DNA from: Bacteroidia bacterium
GTDB lineage: Bacteria; Bacteroidota; Bacteroidia; M30B66
DNA length: 64,000 bases
Direction: 5' to 3'
Assembly (NCBI GenBank): GCA_965279035.1
Contig: OZ257142.1
Coordinates: forward strand, 1,088,001-1,152,000
Shown: piece by piece, positions 18,901 through 29,468 of the stretch
How the letters are laid out: every line of letters starts with the position of its first letter
How positions within the stretch are numbered: position 1 is the stretch's first letter
Notes under the pieces: generated by a model
Database searches by the model: none
What the model saw: the letters and a program-made list of their open reading frames with translations, nothing else
Told to the model about the DNA's origin: nothing
Translations under genes and position numbers: made by a program

Positions 18901-21015
18901 CTATTCTGAAATCACAGTACTCGTTGGTCTTTCCTGATAGTTTCGGGTTGTTTCTTCTTTGTTCTTGCTTTTATCCGAGAGGTATTGATAGATATCGATC
19001 TGTGCTCGTCCTCGTTCTTTAGCAACAGATTTCCGATAGGTATTGTTTTGAATTTTGTTGATGATTCGCGCTTTGGTATTATCGTTCCACTGAAGTTTGT
19101 AGATTTCTAAAATCTCATTGCGCAAATCTTCTTGATAAATCGGGAAACCAACTTCGTAACGACGACTTAAATTTCGCTCCATCCAATCGGCAGAAGAGAG
19201 ATACACTTTGGGCTGATTGTCGTTTCCGAAAATATAAATACGAGAATGTTCTAAGTAGCGATCAACGATGCTAATGACTTTAATGTTTTCACTCAAGCCT
19301 TTCACTCCCGGAATCAAACAACAAATTCCACGAATGATTAATCGGATATCTACACCTTCTTGACTTGCTTCATAGAGTTTGTCAATGATTGCTTGATCTT
19401 GAAGGCTGTTCAACTTCAAATAAATATAGGCCGATTTGCCTTTGAGAGCATTCTTGATTTCCTGATCGATGAGCGTGTATAAATCATGACGCATGTGATC
19501 GGGAGCCACTAGTAAATGCTTGAATTCTCGTTTGATGCGCGTATCTGCTAATATGTCGAAAACAGCCGAAACTTCTCGTCCAATGTATTTGTCTTTGGTA
19601 AGCAAGGATGAATCGCAATAGAGTTTCGAGGTGTTTTCGTGGAAATTCCCAGTGCTCAAATACACATAACGACGAAGCTTATCTTCCATGCGTTCGATGC
19701 AAATCATTTTTGCATGTACTTTCAAGATGGGAAAACTATAAAGCACTTTTACGCCTGCTTCTTCTAATTCTTTCGAATAACTGATGTTGGATTCTTCATC
19801 GAATCGCGCTTTCAATTCAACAAAGGCAGTTACAGCTTTTCCGTTATTCACAGCTTTTACTAAAGCTTCAACAACCTTCGAATGTGGAGCAACTCGATAC
19901 AAAGAAATCTTTATGGCTCGCACTTTTTCATCTTCGGCTGCTTCATTTAAAAAACGAATTACGTAATCGTAACTGTGATAAGGGAAATGAAGGAGAAAAT
20001 CGCGTTTCGACAATGCTTCAAAATAGGAGGGAGCATTATCGAGTGTTGGCTTTTTAAGAGTAGGAAGTGGTTCGTAATAAATGCCTTTCTGATCGAATCG
20101 AGGGAAATTCATCAGATCGGAGAAATTGTGGTAGCGTCCGCCAGGTAAAAGATCCATACGTCCAATGGCGAATATTTTTTTTAAGTGATTTAAGAAATCC
20201 GCTGGCATTGCACTATCATAAAGCAAACGAGTTGGAGTTCCTTTCGCACGATTGCTTAAGCCACGTTTGATTTTCTTCAACAAACTACCCGAAAATTCGT
20301 CTTCAAGCATCAATTCAGCATCGCGTGTTAGCTTGATGCTGTATGCTTCTACCAATTCGTAATCAGGAAAAATCTCTTGAATACACAAACGAATCACATC
20401 TCCCAAAATCATAACGTAATGCTGCCCATTTTTATCGGGAAGAATTAAAAAACGACTGATTTTTCGTGAAGGAATTTCGGTGATTGCGTATTCGAATGTT
20501 CTAGGTCCTGGACGATCAAAATCGCATAATTTAACTGCCATGTAGATCGATTTTTCGTCGAGCTCTGGCGTGTTTCTCCGACTGCTTATCATCACCGGAT
20601 GGATGTGAGGCAGCACTTTTTCTCTGAAATATTCTTGAACAAATTCAACTTGGTCGGCCGAAAGCATTTTCTCATTCACCAAATTGATATTGCGACCTTC
20701 TAATTCAACAACAATCTGATTCCAAAAAATATCGTTGAATTCTTCGAGGTGTTTCTGAACGGTTTTGTTGATCTTTTTGACAACATCACGCGGATCAACT
20801 TTCAGTTCCTTTTTCGTCTTCTTCGTAAGTTCCATCAAGCGTTTCCACTCGGCAACTCGAATGCGGTAAAACTCTTCCAAATTCGATGAGAAAATGGCTA
20901 AGAATTTCATTCGTTCATACAAGGGAACTCGAATGTCTTTTGCTTCTTGTAGTACGCGTTGATTGAAAGAAAGCCAACTCAAATCGCGATTGAACGTACG
21001 TTTAATGCTGCTCAT
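18901..21015 (-). CDS. ppk1: Polyphosphate kinase 1
   Basis: NRDLSWLSFNQRVL, ELKARFDE, KVHAK, RYLEHSR and SSADWM motifs. Confidence 0.97.
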   Translation of the reverse strand: MSSIKRTFNRDLSWLSFNQRVLQEAKDIRVPLYERMKFLAIFSSNLEEFYRIRVAEWKRLMELTKKTKKELKVDPRDVVKKINKTVQKHLEEFNDIFWNQIVVELEGRNINLVNEKMLSADQVEFVQEYFREKVLPHIHPVMISSRRNTPELDEKSIYMAVKLCDFDRPGPRTFEYAITEIPSRKISRFLILPDKNGQHYVMILGDVIRLCIQEIFPDYELVEAYSIKLTRDAELMLEDEFSGSLLKKIKRGLSNRAKGTPTRLLYDSAMPADFLNHLKKIFAIGRMDLLPGGRYHNFSDLMNFPRFDQKGIYYEPLPTLKKPTLDNAPSYFEALSKRDFLLHFPYHSYDYVIRFLNEAAEDEKVRAIKISLYRVAPHSKVVEALVKAVNNGKAVTAFVELKARFDEESNISYSKELEEAGVKVLYSFPILKVHAKMICIERMEDKLRRYVYLSTGNFHENTSKLYCDSSLLTKDKYIGREVSAVFDILADTRIKREFKHLLVAPDHMRHDLYTLIDQEIKNALKGKSAYIYLKLNSLQDQAIIDKLYEASQEGVDIRLIIRGICCLIPGVKGLSENIKVISIVDRYLEHSRIYIFGNDNQPKVYLSSADWMERNLSRRYEVGFPIYQEDLRNEILEIYKLQWNDNTKARIINKIQNNTYRKSVAKERGRAQIDIYQYLSDKSKNKEETTRNYQERPTSTVISE

Positions 21016-21511
21016 TCTTCACATTCTTTTTCGGAAAATCCAAATCTTCCAATTTTCCCATTCCCTTTTCCCAACCATTCCAACGATTACTATTTACTCG
21101 AATCGTAGCAATGGAGCATGTTGGAATTTGTGCTTCTTCTTCTCCGCATAACCAATTGATATAATCAGTCACGCTTGGATTATGTCCTATGATTAATATG
21201 GTGTCAATATCTGGATCTTGTCTTGAAATCAAGCGAGCTAGATCCAGTTTATCGGCTTCGTATATGGATGAATCCTGCTTGATGGATTTTTCATCCAGCT
21301 GAAACTCATTCGAAAATAATCGAGCAGTGCTAATTGATCGATTGGCTGGACTACAGAGAATTAATTCTGGTTTATAACCTCTATTTAGAAGGCGTTTCGC
21401 CATCTCAGGTGCATTCTTAACGCCTCTTTCTGTCAAGGGACGATCAAAATCTTTCAGGCCTTCTTGCTCCCAGCTTGACTTGGCATGGCGCACAACGAAC
21501 AGTGTTTTCAT
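21002..21511 (-). CDS. sixA: Histidine phosphatase, SixA-like
   Basis: RHAKSSW, DFDRPL and GHNP motifs. Confidence 0.9.
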   Translation of the reverse strand: MKTLFVVRHAKSSWEQEGLKDFDRPLTERGVKNAPEMAKRLLNRGYKPELILCSPANRSISTARLFSNEFQLDEKSIKQDSSIYEADKLDLARLISRQDPDIDTILIIGHNPSVTDYINWLCGEEEAQIPTCSIATIRVNSNRWNGWEKGMGKLEDLDFPKKNVKNEQH

Positions 21512-21589
21512 GCTGCTATTTAATATGACTGCAATGTTAAGTATAAATTAAGCCAAGCCTCAAAGCCTCTGAAAATTTAACATTGGAGT

Positions 21590-23386
21590 TTAGCGTTTCA
21601 TAAATAATTCGCCCCAACATATCATCTCCCATTCATTTTTTATAGGATTCCAACGTTCGGCAAATCGCGTTTGTGCGTGAAATCGATAGCTGTATTTTAC
21701 TCTTCCTCGATTTCCTCCAGCTTCAACCCTCACAAAAAAATAGGGCTTATTTACATCAGGTTCACCACTAATGGTTATCGATACCGTTGTGTCTTTCGGT
21801 TCATCTAAATCAAAGTAATCGTTTGGATTTTGCTTCAAAATAGTTTTCAGTTCAATGATTTCTGGAAACACATTCAAAGTATCTCTAAATGTGTTGGATG
21901 GTGCAAATGGAAATGGAAGCTCGAATTTTTTCTCTGTTGCACCTGCAATCAATTCAGCCATCATGTTTTTCAAAACCGGATTACTCAAAGGAACATGATT
22001 AGCAATAAGTGAAAAGGCAATCCAATGATTGTTTTGATCGTAGAAATATCCTGTGTAAGCGCGCACTTTATCCATGCTTCCTGTCTTTGCACGAAGCTGT
22101 GCTATTTTAGGAAAATTCTTCATCGTTCCTTCTTCACCTGCTTGTGGTAATGAAGCCATAAAATATCCAAAGTCGGTCGATTTCGTTTGATAACTCATAA
22201 ATCGGCTCTGAAACGAAGTGCTGATTTGGTTATTCCGCGATAAGCCACATCCATCCACTAAAAACAAAGCTGAATCGGCATATGGGCTGTATTCGTTGAG
22301 TTTGATCTCCAACATTTTTCCAGTTGGATAGGCTGTTCGATTGATTTGATTGATTGCCATTTTCTTCGCGATGCATTCGGCAAAGAGATTATTGCTTTTC
22401 TGATTGGTTTCGAATACTAAATCACGCAATGGAGGCGATAGTATGACTTTCCAAAGTGAAGAAGATTGATTGCGTGTATCAGAAATCAGAACATCACCTT
22501 TGATTTCAATGCCACGCGCTTCTAAAAACTGTTTCAATTCTAATCCAAATGCACGTGGAGGATCAGGAAGAGAAGCTCTTTCAACGCTTGCTTCACTGCC
22601 AACTTCTACAATTCCATCAGCAAAAACGGTAGTTGAAAATGGTGCGCTGTAAAGATAAATTTCCTGCTCTTGTTGATATTCTGCATGTACTTTCGAATCC
22701 AACTTCAAGTACTTTGCCCATGGGGAAAGAATGCATGCTTTCACCGTATCAATGCGTTCTTTTCCAGCCTTAAATGAAACCGAAAATTCATTCGAGCGCC
22801 AATTCAATCCCCAAGCACCAGCTCCGTAATAATTACCAATGTCTTCCCAAATCCATTTCCGAGGAATCACCGAATGATCGTAAGGCCAAAAAAATGGATC
22901 AATAATCAAATTTCCTTTGATTTTCGTAATGCCCGAATCTCTCAACATGTTGGCAATTATATTCAACACAGAATCTCCAGTCATCGCGCCAGCTAAGCCA
23001 CTACCAAACGAAGGATCTCCGCCGCCTTGAATAATTAGATCACCATGAATACTTGATTTTTTAATTTTCCCTAAAACACCGATTTTCGTTTCAAACCGGT
23101 ATTCACTTCGGAGATTATTGAGTGCTAATGCTGTAGTAAAAACTTTGACCGTTGAAGCCGGAATCATCAAACGTTTCGATTCAAATGCATCTAATTCTTG
23201 TCCAGTAGCAATATCTCGAAACGACCATGAAATGGAACTGCGTTTAAAAGCGGGATGATCTAAAATCGCTTTGCGTGCTGCATCAAATCGATCGATTGGT
23301 CCTGTTGTTTGAGCGTTAACGCCAACAGAAATGAACAAAACAACATTGGCGATGAGGATTTGAAAGAGAAAACGCTTAGTTAACAT
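21590..23386 (-). CDS. dacB: D-Ala-D-Ala carboxypeptidase/endopeptidase PBP4 (S13) with a C-terminal extension
   Basis: PASTVK (SxxK), SNN (SxN), DGCGLSR and AKTGS (KTG) motifs. Confidence 0.92.
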   Translation of the reverse strand: MLTKRFLFQILIANVVLFISVGVNAQTTGPIDRFDAARKAILDHPAFKRSSISWSFRDIATGQELDAFESKRLMIPASTVKVFTTALALNNLRSEYRFETKIGVLGKIKKSSIHGDLIIQGGGDPSFGSGLAGAMTGDSVLNIIANMLRDSGITKIKGNLIIDPFFWPYDHSVIPRKWIWEDIGNYYGAGAWGLNWRSNEFSVSFKAGKERIDTVKACILSPWAKYLKLDSKVHAEYQQEQEIYLYSAPFSTTVFADGIVEVGSEASVERASLPDPPRAFGLELKQFLEARGIEIKGDVLISDTRNQSSSLWKVILSPPLRDLVFETNQKSNNLFAECIAKKMAINQINRTAYPTGKMLEIKLNEYSPYADSALFLVDGCGLSRNNQISTSFQSRFMSYQTKSTDFGYFMASLPQAGEEGTMKNFPKIAQLRAKTGSMDKVRAYTGYFYDQNNHWIAFSLIANHVPLSNPVLKNMMAELIAGATEKKFELPFPFAPSNTFRDTLNVFPEIIELKTILKQNPNDYFDLDEPKDTTVSITISGEPDVNKPYFFVRVEAGGNRGRVKYSYRFHAQTRFAERWNPIKNEWEMICWGELFMKR

Positions 23387-23450
23387 TCTTCAAAAATAAC
23401 TTTTTCATCTCAGGTCTGCCCACCCTACCTTTCTGACTTATTTTTGCACC

Positions 23451-24545
23451 ATGGCAGGAAATACATGCGGCGTTTTATTTCAGTTAAGTACGTTTGGCGA
23501 ATCTCACGGAACTGCGATTGGTGGTATCTTGGATGGTTGTCCTGCTGGATTGAAATTAAATCTTGATGCCATCCAACATCAATTAGATCGTCGTCGCCCC
23601 GGTCAATCCGCTTTGACAACCTCGCGCAAAGAATCCGATACGGTGCAATTTTTATCCGGCATTTTCGAAGGACAAACTACCGGAACTCCAATTGGTTTTC
23701 TGATTCCAAACGACAATCAACATTCTGCCGATTATGATTCTTTGAAAGACGTGTATCGCCCATCCCATGCCGATTATACCTATCAAGCAAAGTATGGAAT
23801 TCGCGATCATCGAGGAGGCGGTAGATCATCGGCAAGAGAAACGGCTTGTCGTGTTGTTGCTGGTTCTATTGCTCGTCAGCTGCTTTTGTTGCAGGATATT
23901 CAGATTCGAGCTTTTGTAAGTCAGGTGGGAAATGTGCAGTGTGAACTTCCTGATACAATCCCATCCGAAGAAATCATTGATTCAACTTCGGTGCGATGTG
24001 CTGATTTGGGGAAAGCGGAAGAAATGGAAAAACTCATTCTCTCCATCAAAGAACAAGGCGATACAATCGGTGGTGTGATAACCTGCATGATTTCAGGTGT
24101 TCCAGCAGGTTGGGGAGAGCCGGTGTTTGATAAGCTACACGCCGATTTGGGGAAAGCCATGCTGAGTATTAATGCTGTGAAAGGATTTGAAATTGGAAGC
24201 GGTTTTTCTTCTGTTTCGATGCGCGGTTCTGAACACAATGATGCGTTTACTCTCGATTCGGATGGGAAAATCCATACGCTAAGCAATCATTCGGGCGGTA
24301 TTCAAGGTGGAATTTCGAATGGAGAAATGATTTATTTCAGAGTTGCTTTTAAACCGGTTGCATCCATCAGTAAATCACAAGAAACAGTTTCTCAATCCGA
24401 AGGAAATACAACACTTAACATAAAAGGTCGTCACGATCCCTGTGTTGTTCCCCGTGCTGTGCCCATTGTTGAAGCTATGACAGCGCTTGTCATTGCAGAT
24501 CATTCCCTTCGGTCAAAAGCAATAAATTCGTCTATTCAAGGTTAA
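23451..24545 (+). CDS. aroC: Chorismate synthase
   Basis: [23 protein letters not shown] and GRHDPCV motifs. Confidence 0.98.
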   Translation: MAGNTCGVLFQLSTFGESHGTAIGGILDGCPAGLKLNLDAIQHQLDRRRPGQSALTTSRKESDTVQFLSGIFEGQTTGTPIGFLIPNDNQHSADYDSLKDVYRPSHADYTYQAKYGIRDHRGGGRSSARETACRVVAGSIARQLLLLQDIQIRAFVSQVGNVQCELPDTIPSEEIIDSTSVRCADLGKAEEMEKLILSIKEQGDTIGGVITCMISGVPAGWGEPVFDKLHADLGKAMLSINAVKGFEIGSGFSSVSMRGSEHNDAFTLDSDGKIHTLSNHSGGIQGGISNGEMIYFRVAFKPVASISKSQETVSQSEGNTTLNIKGRHDPCVVPRAVPIVEAMTALVIADHSLRSKAINSSIQG

Positions 24546-24563
24546 TTCATCATTCAAAATCGT

Positions 24564-27260
24564 ATGCTAAAAAAGATTCTTAAAATTTCAGGAGTTACAT
24601 TTCTCGTTCTCTTCATCATCGCCTTAATTCTTCCCTTTATTTTCAAGGATAAGATCATTGCCAAAGTGAAGGAAGAGGCCAACAAAAACCTGAACGCGAA
24701 ACTCGAATTTAAGGACCTGAGTTTAGGACTCATTCGAAGCTTTCCCAATTTCAGCATCGAACTCGAAAATCTCTCATTAGCGGGTGTGGATGAATTCAAA
24801 TCGGACACCTTAATTTCAGCCGAATCACTTGAAATTACTACCGACATTATGAGTGTGATTGGTGGTGGTGAAATCGCGATTAAGTCGATCGATTTAGACA
24901 AAGCTCGAATTCACCTAAAAGTATTAAAAGACGGAAAAGCCAATTGGGATATTGCAAAACCATCGGCTACGCCCGAAGAACCGTCTACAGAACCATCAAC
25001 CTTTAAAGCAAAATTGCAAGAATATTCTCTGAAATCGAGTCGTATTTGGTATGAAGACCGTTCGATGGATTTTTCTGCTTTGTTAGATGGCGTGAATCAT
25101 TCCGGCTCTGGCGATTTTACTGCCGATGTAACCAATTTAGAAACGCTTACAACGGTCGATTCTGCGGATGTTACATATGGTGGCATTTCTTATTTAAAAC
25201 GCGTCAATCTCGAATACAAAGCCGACTTCAACCTCGATTTGAAAAATTCGAAATATGCATTCAAGGACAATGAACTTCGATTGAATAATCTCTTCCTTAA
25301 ATTCGCTGGTTCCATTGCTATGCCTGCCAATGATATCACGATGGACATCACCTATGAAGCATTAAAGAATGATGTGAAGAATTTCATCTCGATTATTCCG
25401 GGTGCTTTTACGAAAGATTTTGATCAAGTAAAATCCTCTGGAAAGCTTGCCTTTAATGGATTTGTGAAAGGTGTGTACAATGAAAAGAGCATGCCCGGCT
25501 TTGCTTTCAATCTATTGATCGAAAACGGTTCCATTCAATATCCTTCACTTCCGCGCGGCATCAGCAATATGCAGGTGAAAACAAGCATTACTTGTCCGGG
25601 TGTTGATGTAAATAAAACGGTGATAGATGTTTCTAAATTGCACGTTGATTTAGGTCAGTTTCCAATCGATGCTCGAATCAACATCAAAACCCCTGTTTCT
25701 GATCCCGACATTGATGCTTCCATCAAAGGGCGCGTCGATTTAGGTAGCATGAAAGATTTACTTCCTTTAGAAACAGGAACGAATTTGACGGGTGAAGTCG
25801 CTGCTGATGTGAATTTCAAGGGAAGAATGTCATCCGTCGAAAAAGGGAATTACGAGCAATTTGCAGCAGCTGGAACCGCCAGTGTTGCACGTTTCCGCTA
25901 TGCTGCAAAAGATCTTCCACAGGAAATTAATATTTCGAATGCTGCATTGAGTTTCAACCCGAAATCAGCAACGTTGAGTGTGTTTGATATGCAGCTTGGC
26001 AAGAGCGATATTCATGCGACGGGAAGTTTAGAAAATTACCTAGCCTATGTGTTCCGAAATCAATCCATTAGCGGAACGCTCAATTTGACAAGCAATTTTC
26101 TGGATTTGAATCCATTTATGACAACCGAAACAGGAACAAGTCCAGCAGCAAGTGCTCAACCAACCGATGTTGCAGGATATATTCGAGTGCCTGAAAACAT
26201 CGATTTTATCGTGAATTCATCCATGAAAACCTTGCTTTACGACAACTTACGTTTAGAAAATGTAACGGGGCAATTGCTGGTAAAGGATCAGGAAGTAAAA
26301 CTCAATCAGTTAAAAATGAATACGCTTGGTGGTTCAATTGCCATGAGTGGATTGTATGATACACGCAATGAAAATGGTCCTTCGGTAGCCTTGATGCTCG
26401 ATATGAAAGACTTAGGAATCCGTGAAACAGCGAAGGCTTTTTCAACTGTTAAACAATTGGCTCCGATTGCAGAAAATACAACGGGCAAAGCTTCAATCAC
26501 GAATTTCAGTTTTTCTTGTAAGGCAGATAAGGCATTCAATCCTGATTTGAAATCGATTAATGGAAGTGGAACCTTAAGCACTTCGGTGTTGGAAATTGAA
26601 GGTTTTGAGATGGCGAAACGCATTGCGAGCACTTTGAAAATAGATAAACTCAAAAAATGGAAATTGGAGCCTTTGCAAGCTGGCTTTACGATTACGAATG
26701 GGAAAGTAACCGTGAAACCGTTTAAAACGAAGCTTGGAAATTATGCTGCCGAAATAGGAGGGGAGAATGGTTTAGACCAAAGCATCAACTATGCACTACA
26801 TATCGACATTCCTCGCGCAGAATTTGGTGGAGCTGCGAATTCGGTGTTAAATGGAATGGTAGCAAAAGCCAATTCAAACGGTATTACAACGCAAGTGGGA
26901 GATTTAATTCCTGTGGTAATTAAAGTAAGTGGAACGTTTGCCGATCCGAAAGTAACAACGGACATCCGAAATCAGGCAAACTCGGCTATGAACGACCTGA
27001 AAAATCAGGCAGAACAACGTTTGAAGGAGGAGGCTGAACGTCAGAAAAAAGAACTTCTCAATAAAGCCAATGCGGAAAAAGAACGCTTGGAAAAAGAAGC
27101 CATGGATCGCATCAACCAAGAGAAGGACAAAGCAAAACAAGAACTGGATAAAGCCAAAGCAGAAGCCGAACGCAAGGCGAAAGAAGAAGCAGATAAAGCC
27201 AAAAAGAAAGCGGAAGAAGAAGCCAAAAAGAACCTCAATAAATTTCTAAAAGGAAAGTAA
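24564..27260 (+). CDS. AsmA-like lipid-bridge protein with a charged coiled-coil tail
   Basis: N-terminal TM anchor, DGKANWDI, repeated beta-taco segments and a K/E/A-rich C-terminus. Confidence 0.85.
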   Translation: MLKKILKISGVTFLVLFIIALILPFIFKDKIIAKVKEEANKNLNAKLEFKDLSLGLIRSFPNFSIELENLSLAGVDEFKSDTLISAESLEITTDIMSVIGGGEIAIKSIDLDKARIHLKVLKDGKANWDIAKPSATPEEPSTEPSTFKAKLQEYSLKSSRIWYEDRSMDFSALLDGVNHSGSGDFTADVTNLETLTTVDSADVTYGGISYLKRVNLEYKADFNLDLKNSKYAFKDNELRLNNLFLKFAGSIAMPANDITMDITYEALKNDVKNFISIIPGAFTKDFDQVKSSGKLAFNGFVKGVYNEKSMPGFAFNLLIENGSIQYPSLPRGISNMQVKTSITCPGVDVNKTVIDVSKLHVDLGQFPIDARINIKTPVSDPDIDASIKGRVDLGSMKDLLPLETGTNLTGEVAADVNFKGRMSSVEKGNYEQFAAAGTASVARFRYAAKDLPQEINISNAALSFNPKSATLSVFDMQLGKSDIHATGSLENYLAYVFRNQSISGTLNLTSNFLDLNPFMTTETGTSPAASAQPTDVAGYIRVPENIDFIVNSSMKTLLYDNLRLENVTGQLLVKDQEVKLNQLKMNTLGGSIAMSGLYDTRNENGPSVALMLDMKDLGIRETAKAFSTVKQLAPIAENTTGKASITNFSFSCKADKAFNPDLKSINGSGTLSTSVLEIEGFEMAKRIASTLKIDKLKKWKLEPLQAGFTITNGKVTVKPFKTKLGNYAAEIGGENGLDQSINYALHIDIPRAEFGGAANSVLNGMVAKANSNGITTQVGDLIPVVIKVSGTFADPKVTTDIRNQANSAMNDLKNQAEQRLKEEAERQKKELLNKANAEKERLEKEAMDRINQEKDKAKQELDKAKAEAERKAKEEADKAKKKAEEEAKKNLNKFLKGK

Positions 27261-27263
27261 AGC

Positions 27264-29222
27264 ATGAAATACAGATCATTTCTGTTTTTATGTATGCTAC
27301 TGCTTGCTTGTGTTCATTTGGGAGCGCAAGAAAAGGAAGATCCTTGTCCATTATCTACCAATAAAAAGGCACGAAAACTTTACGATAAAGCCATTGATGC
27401 AGCCCGTTCAAATAAGAATGAAGCGAAGGCATTATTGACAGAAGCCTTAGAACTTGATCCAGAATTTGGACGTGCAAATTACATGATGGCCGATTTGCTC
27501 ATCAAAAGCAAAAAAACCGTTGAGGCAGAACCCTTTCTTTTGCAAGTGGCAAGCGTTTGTCCAGATTTAGATCCGCTTACTTTTTACCGTTTGGGAAGTA
27601 TTCAGTTTGGTGCAAAACGCTATCAAGAAGCACAGAAAAATTTAGCTCGTTTCTTAGAAAGCAATGGAGGAAAGGAAAAAGAACGTAGCGATGCTCGCGA
27701 ACAACTTACAGCTGCTACTTTTTATATCGAAGGCTTTGCGAAACCGGTTCCTTTCGATCCAAAACCTTTAGCTTCTATTTCTTCCGAAGCCGACGAATAT
27801 TTACCCATTATCACTCCCGATAATCAACGTGCTTATTTCACACGTCGCACTTTGGAGAAAGAGAAATTTACTGGTGGAATTGAAGCAGAAGTAAAACCAG
27901 TAGAACGTTTTAGTTGGAGCAATGCGCTCGGTGATAATGTCTTTGAAAAAGGTCAGCCAATGCCGCCTCCTTTCAACAAACAATCGAACGAAGGTGGTGC
28001 CAGTCTTTCGGCCGATAATAGAACCTTGTTCTATACCATTTGTAAGCAAGAAGGCGCGGAACTCTTAAACTGTGATCTCTGGTTTTCGGTATTTGGAAAA
28101 GATACTTGGTCTGAAATTAAAAATGCTGGTCCTATCATCAATGGAAAATCAACCTGGGAATCGCAACCTTCGCTTTCTTCGGATGGAAAAACCTTGTATT
28201 TCGCCAGCAATCGCCCCGGTGGAATGGGTGAACTTGACATTTGGAAATCAATCAAGGACAAAGATGGAAAATGGGGAGTTCCTATCAATCTAGGTCCGGA
28301 GATTAATACTCCCGGAAACGAAAAATCACCCTTCTTTCACTCCGATGGTCAAACCTTATATTTCTCTTCCACAGGACACATGGGTTTTGGTGGATATGAT
28401 ATTTTTTATGCGAAGCTCGATAAAGAACTAGGTTGGCAAAAGCCGAAAAACATTGGTTATCCGATCAATTCAGAAAAAGATGATTTGGGCTTTTTCGTCA
28501 GCACCGATGGTAAAACAGGCTATTTCGCTTCCGATAAATTGAAAGGTGCCGGAGGTTGGGATGTGTATTATTTTGGTTTGTACAAAGAAGCGCGTCCCGA
28601 ACGAGTTGTCTTTCTCTCTGGCGAAATAAAAAATGAGAATAATCAATCTGTTGGAGATGCTCGAGTTGAAATTCAAAACATTCGTACAAAAGAAATTACG
28701 ACCGTTGATGTTGACTCTGCTACTGGAAAATACGTTGCCGTTATGGCATTTACCGAAGACCATGTGGTGACAGTAAAGCAACCAGGTAAAGCATTAACCA
28801 CCGAATACCTTTCCGTTGCCGATTCTTCCTTGAACAAACCCCGAAAGATGGATATGCAAGTGAAGGAAATTGAAGTGGGGAAAGCCTATAAAATCAATAA
28901 CCTGAATTTCGGTACCAACTCCGCCGACTTCAATGCGCAAACCATTTTCATTATTCAAGAATTAGCTGAATTCCTTCGAGAAAATCCCACAATAAAAATT
29001 GCCATTCACGGTCACACCGATAATGTAGGCGATCCGCAAACCAACATGGTTTTATCGAACGACCGCGCCCGTCATGTTTATGAACTCTTGCTTATCGAAG
29101 GCATCAAATCCGAGCGTCTCACCTGGAAAGGTTTCGGCATGACAAAACCCATCGCCTCAAACCTTTCAGATAAAGGAAAAGCCATGAATCGCAGGACGGA
29201 GTTTGTGATTACGGGGAAATAG
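27264..29222 (+). CDS. OmpA-family protein with TPR and PD40 repeats (PorE-like architecture)
   Basis: TPR N-terminus; SQPSLSSDGKTLYFASNRPGG PD40 repeats; GHTDNVG...LSNDRA...NRRTEF OmpA_C domain. Confidence 0.9.
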   Translation: MKYRSFLFLCMLLLACVHLGAQEKEDPCPLSTNKKARKLYDKAIDAARSNKNEAKALLTEALELDPEFGRANYMMADLLIKSKKTVEAEPFLLQVASVCPDLDPLTFYRLGSIQFGAKRYQEAQKNLARFLESNGGKEKERSDAREQLTAATFYIEGFAKPVPFDPKPLASISSEADEYLPIITPDNQRAYFTRRTLEKEKFTGGIEAEVKPVERFSWSNALGDNVFEKGQPMPPPFNKQSNEGGASLSADNRTLFYTICKQEGAELLNCDLWFSVFGKDTWSEIKNAGPIINGKSTWESQPSLSSDGKTLYFASNRPGGMGELDIWKSIKDKDGKWGVPINLGPEINTPGNEKSPFFHSDGQTLYFSSTGHMGFGGYDIFYAKLDKELGWQKPKNIGYPINSEKDDLGFFVSTDGKTGYFASDKLKGAGGWDVYYFGLYKEARPERVVFLSGEIKNENNQSVGDARVEIQNIRTKEITTVDVDSATGKYVAVMAFTEDHVVTVKQPGKALTTEYLSVADSSLNKPRKMDMQVKEIEVGKAYKINNLNFGTNSADFNAQTIFIIQELAEFLRENPTIKIAIHGHTDNVGDPQTNMVLSNDRARHVYELLLIEGIKSERLTWKGFGMTKPIASNLSDKGKAMNRRTEFVITGK

Positions 29223-29324
29223 ATTTACGATTTACGATCGCTGCGCTGTACGAGAAAATCTGCTAACTCACAAAATAACACGGATTCTCTCCCCTCTCCC
29301 GAGGAGAGGGGTTGGGGGTGAGGT
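29223..29324 (+). repeat. Dispersed REP-like element, copy E2
   Basis: ATTTACGATTTACGATCGC...GTACGAGAAAA...CTCCCCTCTCCCGAGGAGAGGGGTTGGGGGTGAGGT, starting right after the TAG. Confidence 0.85.
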
Positions 29325-29432
29325 AGGGCGCCTGCTTTTTCCGCTTCACTCCAAAAGCACCGGGCTTTCCGCCTCTACTACTTTTTCACCTTCGGTTCAA
29401 AAGTGGTAATGGCTGCAATCCCATGGCGCGGG
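29325..29432 (+). repeat. REP-like element (GGGCGCC...CGGGCTTTCCG...ATCCC...GCG)
   Basis: Internal hairpins tgctttt/aaaagca and actttt/aaaagt; related to 5917-5995. Confidence 0.5.
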
Positions 29433-29468
29433 TCATTCTGCAAAACTCGAATATCCTCACCATTTCAT

